Below are positions 1-12,646 of a DNA stretch of 36,045 nt, in pieces (within the stretch, counting starts at the first letter, position 1; the number at the start of each line of letters is the position of its first letter). The notes under the pieces were generated by a model that worked only from the letters and a program-made list of their open reading frames with translations, was not told where the DNA came from and ran no database searches. A program made the position numbers and the translations under genes. This DNA is from Parasitella parasitica NRRL 2501 (Eukaryota; Fungi; Mucoromycota), in the NCBI GenBank assembly GCA_025201805.1, contig MU619330.1, positions 1-36,045 of the forward strand. The letters are read 5' to 3'.

Positions 1-3000
1 GATGATCATGCCTGTACTTATGGCGCATAGGACAGGCTTTTATTTGCTCTTTATGGAAGCCTACCTTCGATTATGTGTAATTTTGATATTATTAGTTAAC
101 TACTTGGTCTCATTCCATTAGTCTGATAAAATAAATCTGCCAAAGAATTATACTTTTGATCATAATTTATTTTGCGACGTATTATATACACATTGATTAC
201 ACTAGGGTTCTGCTGTGGAACTGTACAATGATGTTAATTATGATTACCGGTGATGTGTTGTAAGTCGTCCCTGTGATTGATCCGAGACCTGATGTGAAAC
301 CTTGCGATGTTATTGATATAGGCACTGGGCGTCTTTTGCGCATCCTATTTGAATTAAAAAGTTATTTCTTTATTTAGAACGGTTGCGATGAGAATGACAT
401 TGAAAATGAGAAATAATATAATGAAGATTCGTCTTATAAAGTCAATCCTATACCTTTATTATTCACTCAACAATATTAATTACAATAATGACTGCTTTTC
501 CCTGAATCCTCAATTGGAAGCAATCCAGCTGCTGAATTAGTAACATGATATATATAAAAAATTATTTTATATAAATACATCCAAGATTTTCCAACTTTAT
601 GGATCTTGGGTTACATTTTTTACGCTGAATGTGTTGTGCCAGAAAGGCATAATATTAAGCTATTATTAGATTGGTAATTCTTTGTATACAATTGCAATGG
701 AATGGTACATCTAAAAGCGCATAACTGAAAAAATAAGACTCAAATGTCACGCATAGTTAATTCATGCCATTCGAGTTCGCATAACATATAAAGTCATATA
801 AATCAAAGTGCTTTCCCTTACACAATAGACATTCAGAATAAGAATAACAATGACAAAGATATCAATTATGGCAGCTCGTCATTCAATGAGTTTTTCCCAT
901 CATTCTAGATAATGATATCTTTAAAAGAATAACTAAAGTATGACGATAATTATTCTAACACGGCCAACCCATGTTACGCAAATCTCCATCAATAGTGAAG
1001 GCATTCAGCATAATTTGCTTCTCCTTAAAACCTAAAATTAAACAACGACAAATTAACGCATTGACTCTAGGATCAATGCTTCATTCATGAGAACTGATAT
1101 ACAACAATTCAAATCCTATAAATACTAAGATGTTTTTCTCTAGATAAAACCTCAGTATACTTTTATAATAAAGAACCCCAAACTTGATTATAATTGTAAT
1201 TTCATATCGCTTTTATTTTTACTTTTTTTTTATTTCGTAAATCTTTCAAATTTACTGCACGCCCGAATTTCAACATGATTTACTCTGTTAAAAGAGCTCT
1301 TATTTCAAATCAAAATACACGACCATTTATTTCACGCTTTGTTGCATACGCGCATATTTTTTTATAGTTTTCTAAAACTTCTATATATTTTTTATTAGTT
1401 TTTGAAAATGAGATATACTTGATTTAACGCCGACCTCTCAAAAATTCGAAACTTGAATGAGAATTACAAAATCAAACAAAGCATTTATACACTCTATTCC
1501 TCGTTGGATTGTGTTTATTTTGCTGTGTTCTTGTAAAGTTATACAATTTTTGAGCAGATCATATTTATATATCCTCTGCGCATAACAGAATGAATATCGA
1601 ACAGTTATAATTACATCCTTTTTGCTTTTATATTTTAATTTATTATCGCCGATATGGTAGACACGTCGGCCTGATCAAAAAGTTATGGTTCAATTAAAAG
1701 TAAAATAATGTCTGCATCATGCTTGCTTAAATCAAATATTATTGATTTCTTTTCGAGGGCGTGTCTATTAAATTGTGTGTAAAAAAAAAGCAGTTTTACC
1801 CCGCCAATAATGGAAACTTGGTTTACAAATTCTGCTAAATTGAGACGTAGAACTTGTTGTATCCATAGAATACCATGGTTACCACTATTTCAACTCAGTT
1901 GTCATGGCAACCGTTCCTGATCTGATCTAAGGTTAAATGGCATCGATTATTCTATATAGTAAATAGAAGTATTCAATAGAATGTGTTGTATAAGAAACCA
2001 TCTATTTGGTTTCTACTTATTCTAAATTGCGAAGCTCAACTTATCGATGAATGATTCACATTCATAACGATTAGCTGATTAAATATAGAAATAGGTCTTG
2101 CTCTGACTACTACTGTATTATAATCTTGCTTGACAATTAAATTTCAAACATGACCTGATTGTATTTTATAGATTGATTTAAATAGATTTATTCTAATATA
2201 AATAGACAGCTTCTTGTCAATCAATAAATCAATAGTTTTGTATCTGGTAAAATTAAGTCTTTATTACTTTCTTATATTCTTTATATCATATACAATCACC
2301 TGCTGTGCTCATTTTCAAGACCTGGAACAACAGAACTGAGATCAAGCCCTGAAACATGCCAAAAATTAGCACTATCGTATCTAATAAACGAGTATCTAGG
2401 GATAAAAAATGTATATGTATAAATTAATGAGCAGAATGCATTAGTTTCTTATTAAGATTGCCTATAAACGTTTATAGGTCTCTAGGGGGACCAAACATTA
2501 TGGATTCATTTACGTTTGACTGACATAAGCACAACCAGTTTTAGCCCAGTATCACTCTGCCACTTGATTTCCACTAGAAAATTTGTCTATAAAAAAGCAT
2601 ATCGAAACACAATAGTCTTTTTTTTTTATAGTTAACTGAAATTCGGTTATAATAGCTGCTTGATAAGCTGTGCGTAGAAGCGAGATCAAACTTGGAAAGT
2701 ATAGCGATCTATAATCGCTTTCTAATAAAGACATTTCTATGAATAAAAAAATTGATACATAAGATCAAGTTATCAACAAAAAACAATAATATTCTTCAAA
2801 GACAACTGTTGTGCAAAGTATGTTAAGAGCCTCAATAAATACTTTTCAGTGATAATAGCTCATTTTTGCGTCTATCAATTCTATTTTCCTTACTAAATGG
2901 CCAATAAAAAATTCAAACGATGATTACGGAATAGAAATTCAGCCCTCAAATAGAAACATGCAACAATTGACAAAAATCTGCTTCTATAACTATCGGTGAA

Positions 3001-3228
3001 TCTTGATAAACTTCCAGTACAAGACGATCAAAGATGGTAAATGCTATCAAGTTAACCATTATTTATCCTCCCTTCTTATTAATTGATATGTCAGAGTGCC
3101 TCTTGAATTTTCGCAAGGCAATAGTAAGACTTGTATAGGCGAAAATACTTTGGAAGTTGCTGAAAAACGATGAAAAGGTATGTACAATAGTATGAAACAA
3201 AATATAATATTGAAATAATTGCAAGATT

Positions 3229-3561
3229 TTGCTAGATTTTTACTGCAAGGCATGCCGCACTGACCTGAAAAACTACAAAAGGCATCTAATGTCTACGGAT
3301 GCCCTATCTGACAACCACGATTTGAACGATTATTGCAGAGCTTTCCATCATTTAAGGAATGCTCATCAAAGGGTCATAGAAAGTAGCGAGGATTATCTAG
3401 TTCATTGTTGGGAACAGGCACAACGTGAAGCTTATAGCGGATTATTTGGTCACAACACTAGTCCTGATATTCTAATTAGATTCTTTGGTAAAGGCAACTT
3501 TTGCAGAAAATGCGATAGAATCTTCTCGAGTAAGCATATATATGTATCATTTGGACTTTAA
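3229..3561 (+). pseudogene. Degenerate multi-C2H2 zinc-finger gene remnant
   Basis: The ORF has no ATG start. It contains broken finger pieces: FYCKAC..NYKRHL, NDYCRA / FHHLRNAH and NFCRKCDRIFSSK..Y. No complete C-x2-C-x12-H-x3-4-H unit survives, and the flanks are rich in stops. Confidence 0.45.
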
Positions 3562-4352
3562 TCATTGTTATTCTCCTATTCTTCCAACATACCACCAAAT
3601 AGCATCTGGCTCCAGTAACAAGTGAAGTAGATCCATGAGATTTTGCTATATTTGACTAAGCACTTACCCGTTGTTGATGAGAGATAGATGTTTTTAATTA
3701 AAGTATAATAAATCATCTAGATGAACGTACTTGAGTATATACTGTATTCGCAGCAATAATTTGTATTAACCACCACCACCTTTTTGGATACAGAGTGTTC
3801 GTCTCAATAATTTTCAACGATAACAGCCATGATATCCAAGCAATATAGTGTTTAGACCCTCGAAAGCAAAAATTATACGTTCTTCTGCTTTAATAAATGC
3901 ACGTTTGCGTTATTTGGGTTCTTGTCTAGAGTATTTATAAATAATTGATCGCATTAAGTTTCATTTTTTGACATTTCAATAGGTTTTTGATATTTGAGAG
4001 CACACATTTAGTATGTATTTTAGCATAATACACAAAGTTAACATGTGACATTATGTCTTAGGTATGTAGCACATATTTCTAGGGATTTATTTCGTGCAGT
4101 GTTGTCATTACTTACAAATGATGGTGGAAAGGGGCCCAATGATCTCGTATTTTTGGAGTCTCATGATGCCACTGTAGTTGAGATTTCGATTAAGTTGATG
4201 TGAAAAAAAAAGAAAGCAATTTATTGATTTTTGTTAACTGATAAAGAGGGGCATGTCTGATAGATTTTGAACCAAGGTAGAAGACGACTGATTGACTGAC
4301 GACTTCGAAAAGTTTTCAGTTATTTCATATGTCTCTTAGGCCCAAGGTTTAA

Positions 4353-4861
4353 TTACAAGATCCTAATTTTTACGGCCTTGTGCGCTCCAGCATCCATACC
4401 TAATTGTACGATATCATTTTGACAAATTTCAGCAGGCTGGCCAATTTCAAGCTTTTTGTCATTTAAAAAGGTGCCAGTTGATGATCCTATATCTTTCAAA
4501 TAAACCTATTATACAAATAAATGTGTGTAAACAAAGGTTAACTCACATTCACAAATTCTTTATGCTACACAATCTCTAGCATCTCCTATGCAGAGATGTT
4601 CTTTTTTTCCCTCTCCTTTATATTCCTCATTAAATACGGTACCTTTTTGTCGTCATCCATTGAGATTTCGCAATGAGATCTTGAAACTACATTGCTATTG
4701 AATGAAACATCAATTGGGGATCCATCCACACGTCTTCCAAATTTAACGACGCAACCTGGTTTCAAATCGGCAATGTTGAGTTGAAACTCGGAGTTTTCTG
4801 CAGATGCTTTCGTGTTGGGAATGCGAGAGACTGCAAGCATAGCGGTAAAAACGTGGTACAT
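4353..4861 (-). CDS. Small stand-alone FHA (phosphothreonine-binding) domain protein, 123 aa; exons 4861-4643, 4505-4353
   Basis: Exon 1 has the FHA motifs KFGR and VVSRSHCEI. After a GT..AG intron (4642-4506), exon 2 reads VYLKDIGSSTGTFLND...NDIVQLG and ends at TAA 4353-4355. Confidence 0.9.
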
Positions 4862-4878
4862 TTTGTAAACAGTTAGGC

Positions 4879-4890
4879 AGAGAGAGAGAG

Positions 4891-4921
<31 letters not shown>
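4879..4921. repeat. Compound (AG)n(TG)n microsatellite just upstream of the FHA start codon
   Basis: Read directly from the sequence. Confidence 0.95.
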
Positions 4922-4927
<6 letters not shown>

Positions 4928-6444
4928 AATATAGAAAAAATAGAGAGAGAAAGATATAAATCAATTGAAATGTATTTAGTTTGCCTGTATTTATATGCCA
5001 TACAGGACAAAGAGCAGAGACGATCTACAAAGTCCTTGATGCGAAAAAGAGGCATGCAAGTTTGATTGGATAGGTTGGCCCATACAATGAGTTTTCATTT
5101 TACTTTTTAAGCTTCAGTCGTTTCATTATCATTGATGTTACTTTTGCTGTCTGCGTGTCTCCAAGGGATAAAATAAATGGGATCCGGTCTCATGTCATCA
5201 GAAAGAGCAATTTTGTCGAATCGTTCCTAATTTTCTCATGAATTAGGCGTTGCTGAATATTCATGCCATGTTATTCAATTTTTGATATCGATACGGGTAT
5301 TGGTCTTCTGATGATGTTCCTCGTGATTCCGAATATCACAAACAATATTCTGCTTGTGGCGGAATCAATTCCCAATTCCGGGTTTCTAACACGATGATGT
5401 ATTTGTTTTTGACAAAGGTGCAAAAGCAATAGCACATTAAACACGGGAAAAAATAAAGACTTGATTGAGTGGATCAATCTCAGTAAATAATCCCACAATG
5501 AAACAAGCACATGTTCGAAACGAACTGTTTGTTTTTCATTGTAATTAAAAAACAGACACACAAAGAAAAAGATTACATATTGATATCTTCAACACGCTGC
5601 TTGGCCTTTATCTTTGCAAATCAATAGTCTAGAGGCGACGAGGTTGCGAGATTATAAGTTGGAGAAACAATAAACATAATGAGTCCTATTTATGAGTATA
5701 TGGTACAATCGCAAAGCTAAGGCCCAGACTCTGAACGGACCTGATAATTACGCATAGCCCGTGTTGTTGAAAGTGCATTGCATTGATTAGTTGGCGCATT
5801 ATTTGAGAGATCGAGTAGTGTTGACACATATATATGAGAAACAAGATGCAAAGCAAATTACATAATAAAAATAAACTTCAATTGCAATGATATGATCCAC
5901 AAATATTTATTTAGATTGTACGATGAATGAATGGCTTTCTTGACCAAAAGGGGCTCTTTTTAATTGATCTAACTGTTGTACATGTTGCTGGTTGGGATAA
6001 AATGTTCAGAAATACATGAATTTCCAGGAGACAAAAGGAGAAAGACAGCGTAGTATATAAAAGCCTAAAAATAGCAGATTGATATTTTGGAAGCAACTGC
6101 GACTCCCGTACGGTTTTCTATGTTTAATACTTTACGGTCGTATCATGTATACATTTGCTATTTTTAATTTGCAATATACACGTTGTTTTAACATAGCAGT
6201 TGAAGATTTGACTAAAACGTCCCTAATTTCTGGATGTGCACACATAACGAATGTTAGCTTTGCCAGAGGCACACTATTATTGCAGGTTGCTATCGTAATT
6301 TTCTAATTGAATTTAATAATTTATACACACGCAAATTAATTACTTGGTCATGAACTACTTTGATATCTCAATGCTCACAGTAAAGCAAATTCGCAACGGA
6401 AAAGACACTTGAATTTAGACAAGGTCATGATCTGGATAAAATCA

Positions 6445-6451
6445 TATAAAT
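6445..6451 (+). promoter_or_regulatory. Putative TATA box of the secreted-protein gene
   Basis: TATAAAT about 60 nt upstream of ATG 6511. Weak evidence given the AT-rich background. Confidence 0.35.
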
Positions 6452-6510
6452 ACTCTCACTTTTGGCTATTCAATGCTTGATTATTATCTTTAAATCAATT
6501 TATTAACAAC

Positions 6511-7317
6511 ATGAAATTCTCTTTCGCTTCCCTTCTTTTGGTCGTTGCTCTCTTTTTGTGCACGTCTGCATCGCCGGTTATCTCCAAGGGCGCTGACAAT
6601 CAGTTTGATATGCCCAAGCTTAACGCTCAGACTTTGAGAGAGAGATCTGTAAGATTTCCTGTGAAGACTAATGATGCTCTTATTGCTAAAATCATGGCAA
6701 ATCTGAAAGCTAATCTGCACGCTAGCATATTTGCTTCTATCTCTGTTGATGTAAGTAGCTCGTATCGTAAATGTCGCTTGTAACAACATATAGCTAACGG
6801 TACCCACCGATAGTTTTGTGAGAGAGCTGCTGCTTCCCTCAAGATTCATGCCAACATTTTAGGTGGATTGATCAAAGTTGAAGACGTTCATGTCAAGGCT
6901 ATTGAATCTGCTGCCGTCAGAAACTTTCGAGCTGCATTTGATGCTAAACTGAATGCAAAGATTAAGGCTCAAATATACGACAAACTCGAGATCAGTCTTC
7001 GTAAGAGCTGCGGTGTTCGCCGTGTGCTTGATGAGTTCAAGTTGTTGGACATAGTTGCCGATTTGGAAAGCGAGGCCCAGGCATTGATCAGCGTTAAACT
7101 TCCTGAAATTGGTGTAGAGTTAGGTGCCAAGGTTAAGGAAGAGCTCGAAATTGCAATTAAGGGCGTTGAAGTAAATATCCCATTGATTCTTCAGATTGCA
7201 ATTGATGTTGGAATCAATGAACGAGCTACGCTGGAGACATGTATTGACGCTGCTCTTAAAGTATGCGCTAAACTCGATGCCAAAGCCTCTGCCAAAGCTA
7301 TTTTAAATGCCCTATAG
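6511..7317 (+). CDS. Secreted protein of unknown function, 247 aa; exons 6511-6750, 6814-7317
   Basis: Signal peptide MKFSFASLLLVVALFLCTSA-SP. The intron 6751-6813 (GTAAGT..GCTAAC..TAG) joins ORFs 6511 and 6868 in frame. Confidence 0.85.
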
Positions 7318-8179
7318 ACATCATACTCAATACATCTTCATGATTATTATGCAATAGAGGCACCGTTTCTTTCTCTTTATATATATTTATATATATATAG
7401 CATATTTAGCATATTTAATTGCTCGTTTTGAATTATATAATTCAATAAATTAGGCTAAAGCTAGCTGCGTTCTGTGCTTTATCGATATTGAAATAGAGTG
7501 ATACATATTTGATAAAAGGGCATCCTGCAAATGTGTATTTTTAGGGATGCTTTTATAATGTCATCGTAAGAATATGTACTTTACACTATAATTTGTAGCA
7601 CATTGATTTCAGACAATCTATAAAAGCCAAGTGTCCAGAAGATATTAAATCGATCATAAGAAACCACTTTTCACTTTGTCAACTAACATTGACATGGCAC
7701 TTGCTTCTGACAAACTCTTGTCATACCTCAACAGGGCGGTCATACCTTTAACTTTTTGTGGCTGCTGATCTGAGTGTAAACGACTTTTATTATATGGTAT
7801 GGTGATGTATGGTCAATACATGGCGAAATCAATAATGCTTGGCATGAACACAATACAAATAGATCTATAGAATTCTCCAAATTGTTTGATTTGAAGCTTT
7901 AATTGTTGACTATTCTCTGTTATTAAGGCCAAAAAAGGCGGATTTACGACAAACATGTGTAAATCATGTGTAACAAGCAAAGGCTTATTGACCAAAGAGG
8001 AGTTGATTGGCGTTTTTTTTTGTAATTTTTTAAATTTCAATTGGCCATTTTTTTTCCAACAAGTGGGCTGAAATACAGTAGTATAATGTTGCGCTTTTTT
8101 TTCTTGCATCGAAGGCTTATACGTGTATATACACATACACGGATACAAAGCTCTTTTTACAGTTTGCTTCATTTTTACA

Positions 8180-9787
8180 ATGGCATTTTTATCACAGAGC
8201 AAATGCAAGTCGTTGAATAATGATTTAAGGCCTCTTCATTATTCAAAGCGCTGGATCCGACATTTGAAAAAATACCCTGACCATCTTCGGTATATAACTA
8301 TTGCACACACTTCACCTCAACTCACAGACTAACTTTAAATTTTAATAGATTGAGAGGATCAGTAAAGTGTTTTCATAATGATTCACCAGCGAGCTGCCTC
8401 ACTCACCAGAATTGTTTATAGGTTTTACCCTCAATTTTTCCCTTGATTACATTGACTGCCGTTTATGCATATTTTATAGGTGTCATGTATATTTCATGGG
8501 GCTGGACACACGTAGCTCTGAGCAATTCAATAGGTAAAATTACACAAACAAGTAGTGTACATGTACAAGACAGCGTGATTAACAGCAATGACAACAAAAA
8601 GTGCCTGTGTTATCTGTCGTCCTGGGTCTATTATTAGCATTTCGTGCCAATACGTCGTATGCGCGTTACTATGAGGGAAGACAGCAATGGCAAGATTTAG
8701 CTAGCAATACACGAAATCTCGCACGTCTGATTTGGTGCAGCATTCCCGAGCGCACGCAAAACGACCATTTGGAGAAGATGCGATGCATGAAGCTGCTGCT
8801 TGCATTTGCCGTCTCGACCAAGCATTATCTGCGAAGAGAATACGGCATTGATTACTACGATTTGGACTATTTGCTACCTCCAAACTGGATTCCCGCAGCA
8901 GCCGATGACCAGCTGTTTGTCATCACGAACGATAGCTCGGATGATGATGCGGTTGTCGTATCAAACGTGCCTTCGGGTAGCACCACCCATTTATTGGATG
9001 TCAGTCAAGGAGGGGATGATATCCACGATTTAGGAAACCAGCAATGTCCTTCAACCGCTCCTTCTTCCTCCGCTACATCAACAATAGATGATACTTCAAA
9101 CACTGCTGTTGATACCAACAACAGCAGCATCAGAATATCAAAAAAGAAGAAGAGGCGAACAAAGTTTAGACACGAAGAAGATTTACCAGATGAAGGCAAC
9201 TCGGATATGTCGCTTCCGTTGGAGATCATTTTCCGCATGAGCCTGTACATGGCACAAGCTAAAAATGCCGGAAAAATCGATGGCACTTTCTCGAATGTGA
9301 TTATCACTCATTTAAACAACCTCAACGACTCTTTGGCAGGCATGGAGCGTATTGTTAATACACCTATCCCGGCCGTTTATGTCGTTCACCTGTAATAAAT
9401 TGAATGTTAATTTTATTTCGCATGTGCACTAAGCTTTTTTTTTTTTTTTTTGCAGGAAACAATCTTTGGTGCTGTATATTCTGGCTATCCCATTTACATT
9501 GGTGGAACAGCTCAGATGGTGGATTATACCCACCATCATCTTGGCCTCATTCATCTTATTCGGGATTGACGCGATTGGCGCTCAAATAGGTATGTACACA
9601 CATAAACATTGAATGATAACTAACTCAGGCACACTAATGCTCTGTTATGCACATGCACATAGAAAATCCATTTGGGTATAATAACAATGACTTACCTTTG
9701 AATACTTTTTGTGATTCTCTTCGAAAGGAAATTGAGTTTATCGTATACCATTTACCATGCGAAACAGAGAACGCCATGATGACATAA
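8180..9787 (+). CDS. Bestrophin-family anion channel, bacterial/UPF0187 (YneE/VCCN-like) type, 427 aa; exons 8180-8289, 8349-8361, 8422-8533, 8602-9391, 9456-9589, 9663-9787
   Basis: Motifs RGSVLP, LGLLLAFRANTSYARYYEGRQQW, MERIVNTPIP.Y..HL and GIDAIGAQIENPFG...DLPL. Five GT..AG introns keep the frame. Confidence 0.92.
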
Positions 9788-10920
9788 AGTTAATACTATA
9801 TGAATCTGCTCAATTTTTGACCACCTTTGTCTTTTGTACACTCAAGGCGTATAGTGCTTTGTACACAAAGTGCTATCAAGTGTGTTAGGAATAAATAGTT
9901 CTTCAAATGACCATTAGCTGTGCCTTTTATTAATGTACAGATTAAAAATGTAATGCTCTGCACCCATATATCTTGCAAATATATTTTTTTACCAGTAATC
10001 GTCCCCTGTTTCACCTCTTCTCACTCGATACATCTACTTGTAGGGTATTATGATCAAATTGTAATTCGAGGGTTGACATGCTTTGCTATCAAAAAGATAC
10101 CGAAAAGTGCAAGTAAATGATGCCAAACGAATTACAAACAAACCACTTCAAGCTTCATAAAAGGTAACCATGGCTATTGGAATTGTTAAAGATGACTGTG
10201 AAATATCTGGACAATAACGTGTTAGCTTTATCTAGAATGATAGTTTCATTCGATTCTACTTGACTAGTAGAATAAGCGATTGTAGAAGTCTGATTATTGT
10301 CTGTTTGGCTATAGCGTAAAGTACAAATCATGACACTTCTTGCGTAGCAAGATAGAAGACTCTTATATGCTTGCTACATTTTCCAAATAACTCTCTACAA
10401 GAAGGCATCTCACTGAGTATATACTGTTAGTAGTTGTCAACATAGACTCCCATTCTTCCTGTCTTTATCAAATTTACTATATACTGGTATTTTAGTATTA
10501 TTGCTATAGTAATAGTGGTATACAACAAACTGAAGTTGAGGTTATGGTTGCCTAAAATTCTTAAAAGGTTTTTAGAAATAAAAACTAGGCCATGTATTCT
10601 GGAGGGTCCAGCTAACTTGACCTTTATATACATGGTCAATGCTGCAAACCAAGCTAGGGAAATATCTGAAATAGTAATAATGACAACTGTTGTTATGAAA
10701 ATGAAACATGTATGCATACATATATATATATGTGTATATGTGTATTCTCTTTACTTAAAATGTGCAGGGCACACACCAAGCAATACGCTCGAGCTATGAT
10801 AATGCACATATTGTTGTTGTTATCCCTGAATAATGCAGGTATGTAGGCGGAGAAAAGTACATTAAAGAAGAAAGAAAAGAGGGTTAAGATGTTTCAAATA
10901 AATCAAGATATATTAAATAA

Positions 10921-12150
10921 TTAGTTTGTATAGTGGTACTTGTAATAAATGTTTCCGTGAGATATATAATACACATCTAAGATACGTGATTTGAAAGTCT
11001 GTTTACATAGATGTGTTATTAGATGGCATATTTAAGCTATATGTTTATACGTATGGCATGATATGTGAAGCAGGATAGGTGAAATCTCCAGTTGCTTGCT
11101 GTTTCTGCACAATCGCCTTCAATTGGCAAGGAGCAGACGGAATGATTCAGTTTATGATACTCCAATTTACAATAGGGCGCATTGCCATAAACATAAAATT
11201 GATTACTTAGGAATGGCGCATCACACATCCATGACACGTAAATAATTGTGTTTATGAAATGAGCGTATAAAATCAATAGCATTATCATATACACCTTACT
11301 CGGCATTTTAAGCAATATTTATGCCAGTTTCCTTTTAATTTACCGTCTACTGAAGTAACTGCCTGTATTTCCACGGCCTTACGACAGGATTGACATTTAG
11401 GCAGGAACAATGTGTTGTAGTCTGGTTCACAGTAATCCTTTTCCTTTCTCTCCTTCAAACCAGCTGCCGGTGAGTCAACGGATTTTCGACATTGGTTGCA
11501 GCGCAAGTGTTTTGAATGAAAATACTGCCCCAGAACCATTATTGGTTGCACAAATGAAACTATAGATTTTTCACTGTAATAAAGGTCTCGTTAGTTTCGC
11601 AAATTAGGGAGTATATCGTCATATACTTGATATTATACCAAGTACTACAATGTAAAAGGCGGGCATTAGCCAGCTCATAATGTTCGTTGCAATAGATCCG
11701 TTCCTCGAATACATTTGGTTTGTCACGATCTTGAGCTGCATGGCGAAAGCATTCTGGGTGGTAATATTTCTTTGCGACAGAAACCAATGCATTGCTATGG
11801 TAACACCGAAAGCATCGATTGACAGCGCTCTCCTTGAGCTGAAATCATATTGCTAGCAATTCGGATAACTTGGGCCTGGTGGACATCATTGAGTAATATG
11901 ATCGAATAATAAATTCATTGTTGTCTTCATAATGTGAGATTTGAGAAAATCGATGCTATTATGTTGGAAATAAGGAGTTTAGAGGAAAAGGGGTTTTTGT
12001 TTAATTGTATCAAACACTTACGGGCTGAGTGCATGGACACATATGAGACTGGAGGCTCTTCATTCCCATATGAATTTGACAAGAAGGACATTTTACAATA
12101 AGTAGAAACTGAGGCACGGCCATAAAAAGAAGGAGCAAGTATCATGCAAT
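10921..12150 (-). pseudogene. Paxillin/Pxl1-like four-LIM-domain pseudogene (5' boundary uncertain)
   Basis: LIM pieces: CFRC..KYYHPECF..RIYCNEHY; QYFHSKHLRCNQC..DYCEPDY; LPKCQSCRKAVE..WHKYCLKC; PYCKLEYH; LPIEGDC..WRFHLSCF; YYISHGNIYYKYHY. Lesions: GG in place of the AG acceptor at 11229-11230, several missing Zn-ligand cysteines and an apparent frameshift near 11550-11640. Confidence 0.8.
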
Positions 12151-12442
12151 AAGACATTCGACATGATGCGGCCATTGATTTAACTGCTTGAATTGAGAGC
12201 ATCTCGGTCAACAGTTACACAACTGTAAATGGCTTTTTGACAGTGACGAAAACGAAGCAAGAACCAAATAAACTGCCATATAAATAAAGGCTTCTTTTTA
12301 TCTCCTTATTTTCACACAGACCACAGTGAGATCCTTTTTGCTTTTCATCATACACTCTCCTATATTTAAGCTTTTTTTCTTGACTATATTCAAATCTCAC
12401 ATCCACACACACTCTTTTTTCTTTCTTTCTCTCTTTTCTCTT

Positions 12443-12483
<41 letters not shown>

Positions 12484-12646
12484 TTTTTTTTGCTTTCCTT
12501 CTTTCATCACACACAATCATAACATCCTGCAGCCCAAAGTTTACGTCTGCACATAAAATACCACATATACATATCAGTTTTTCACTTAATACCCTTTAAC
12601 GAAAAAAAAAAAACACTAAAAAAAAAAGCAAGTTACTAGTAGCTTC

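Noticed and set aside
240-360. PCDVIDIGTG resembling methyltransferase motif I
   Set aside because: Short and flanked by stops, with no other motifs or splice support.
5271-6306. Short ORFs between the FHA and secreted-protein genes
   Set aside because: Mostly non-ATG starts with no motifs or coherent splice model; treated as intergenic.
12215-12556. Poly-Lys and poly-Phe ORFs
   Set aside because: Artefacts of the poly-T tract in the DYRK promoter/5' UTR.
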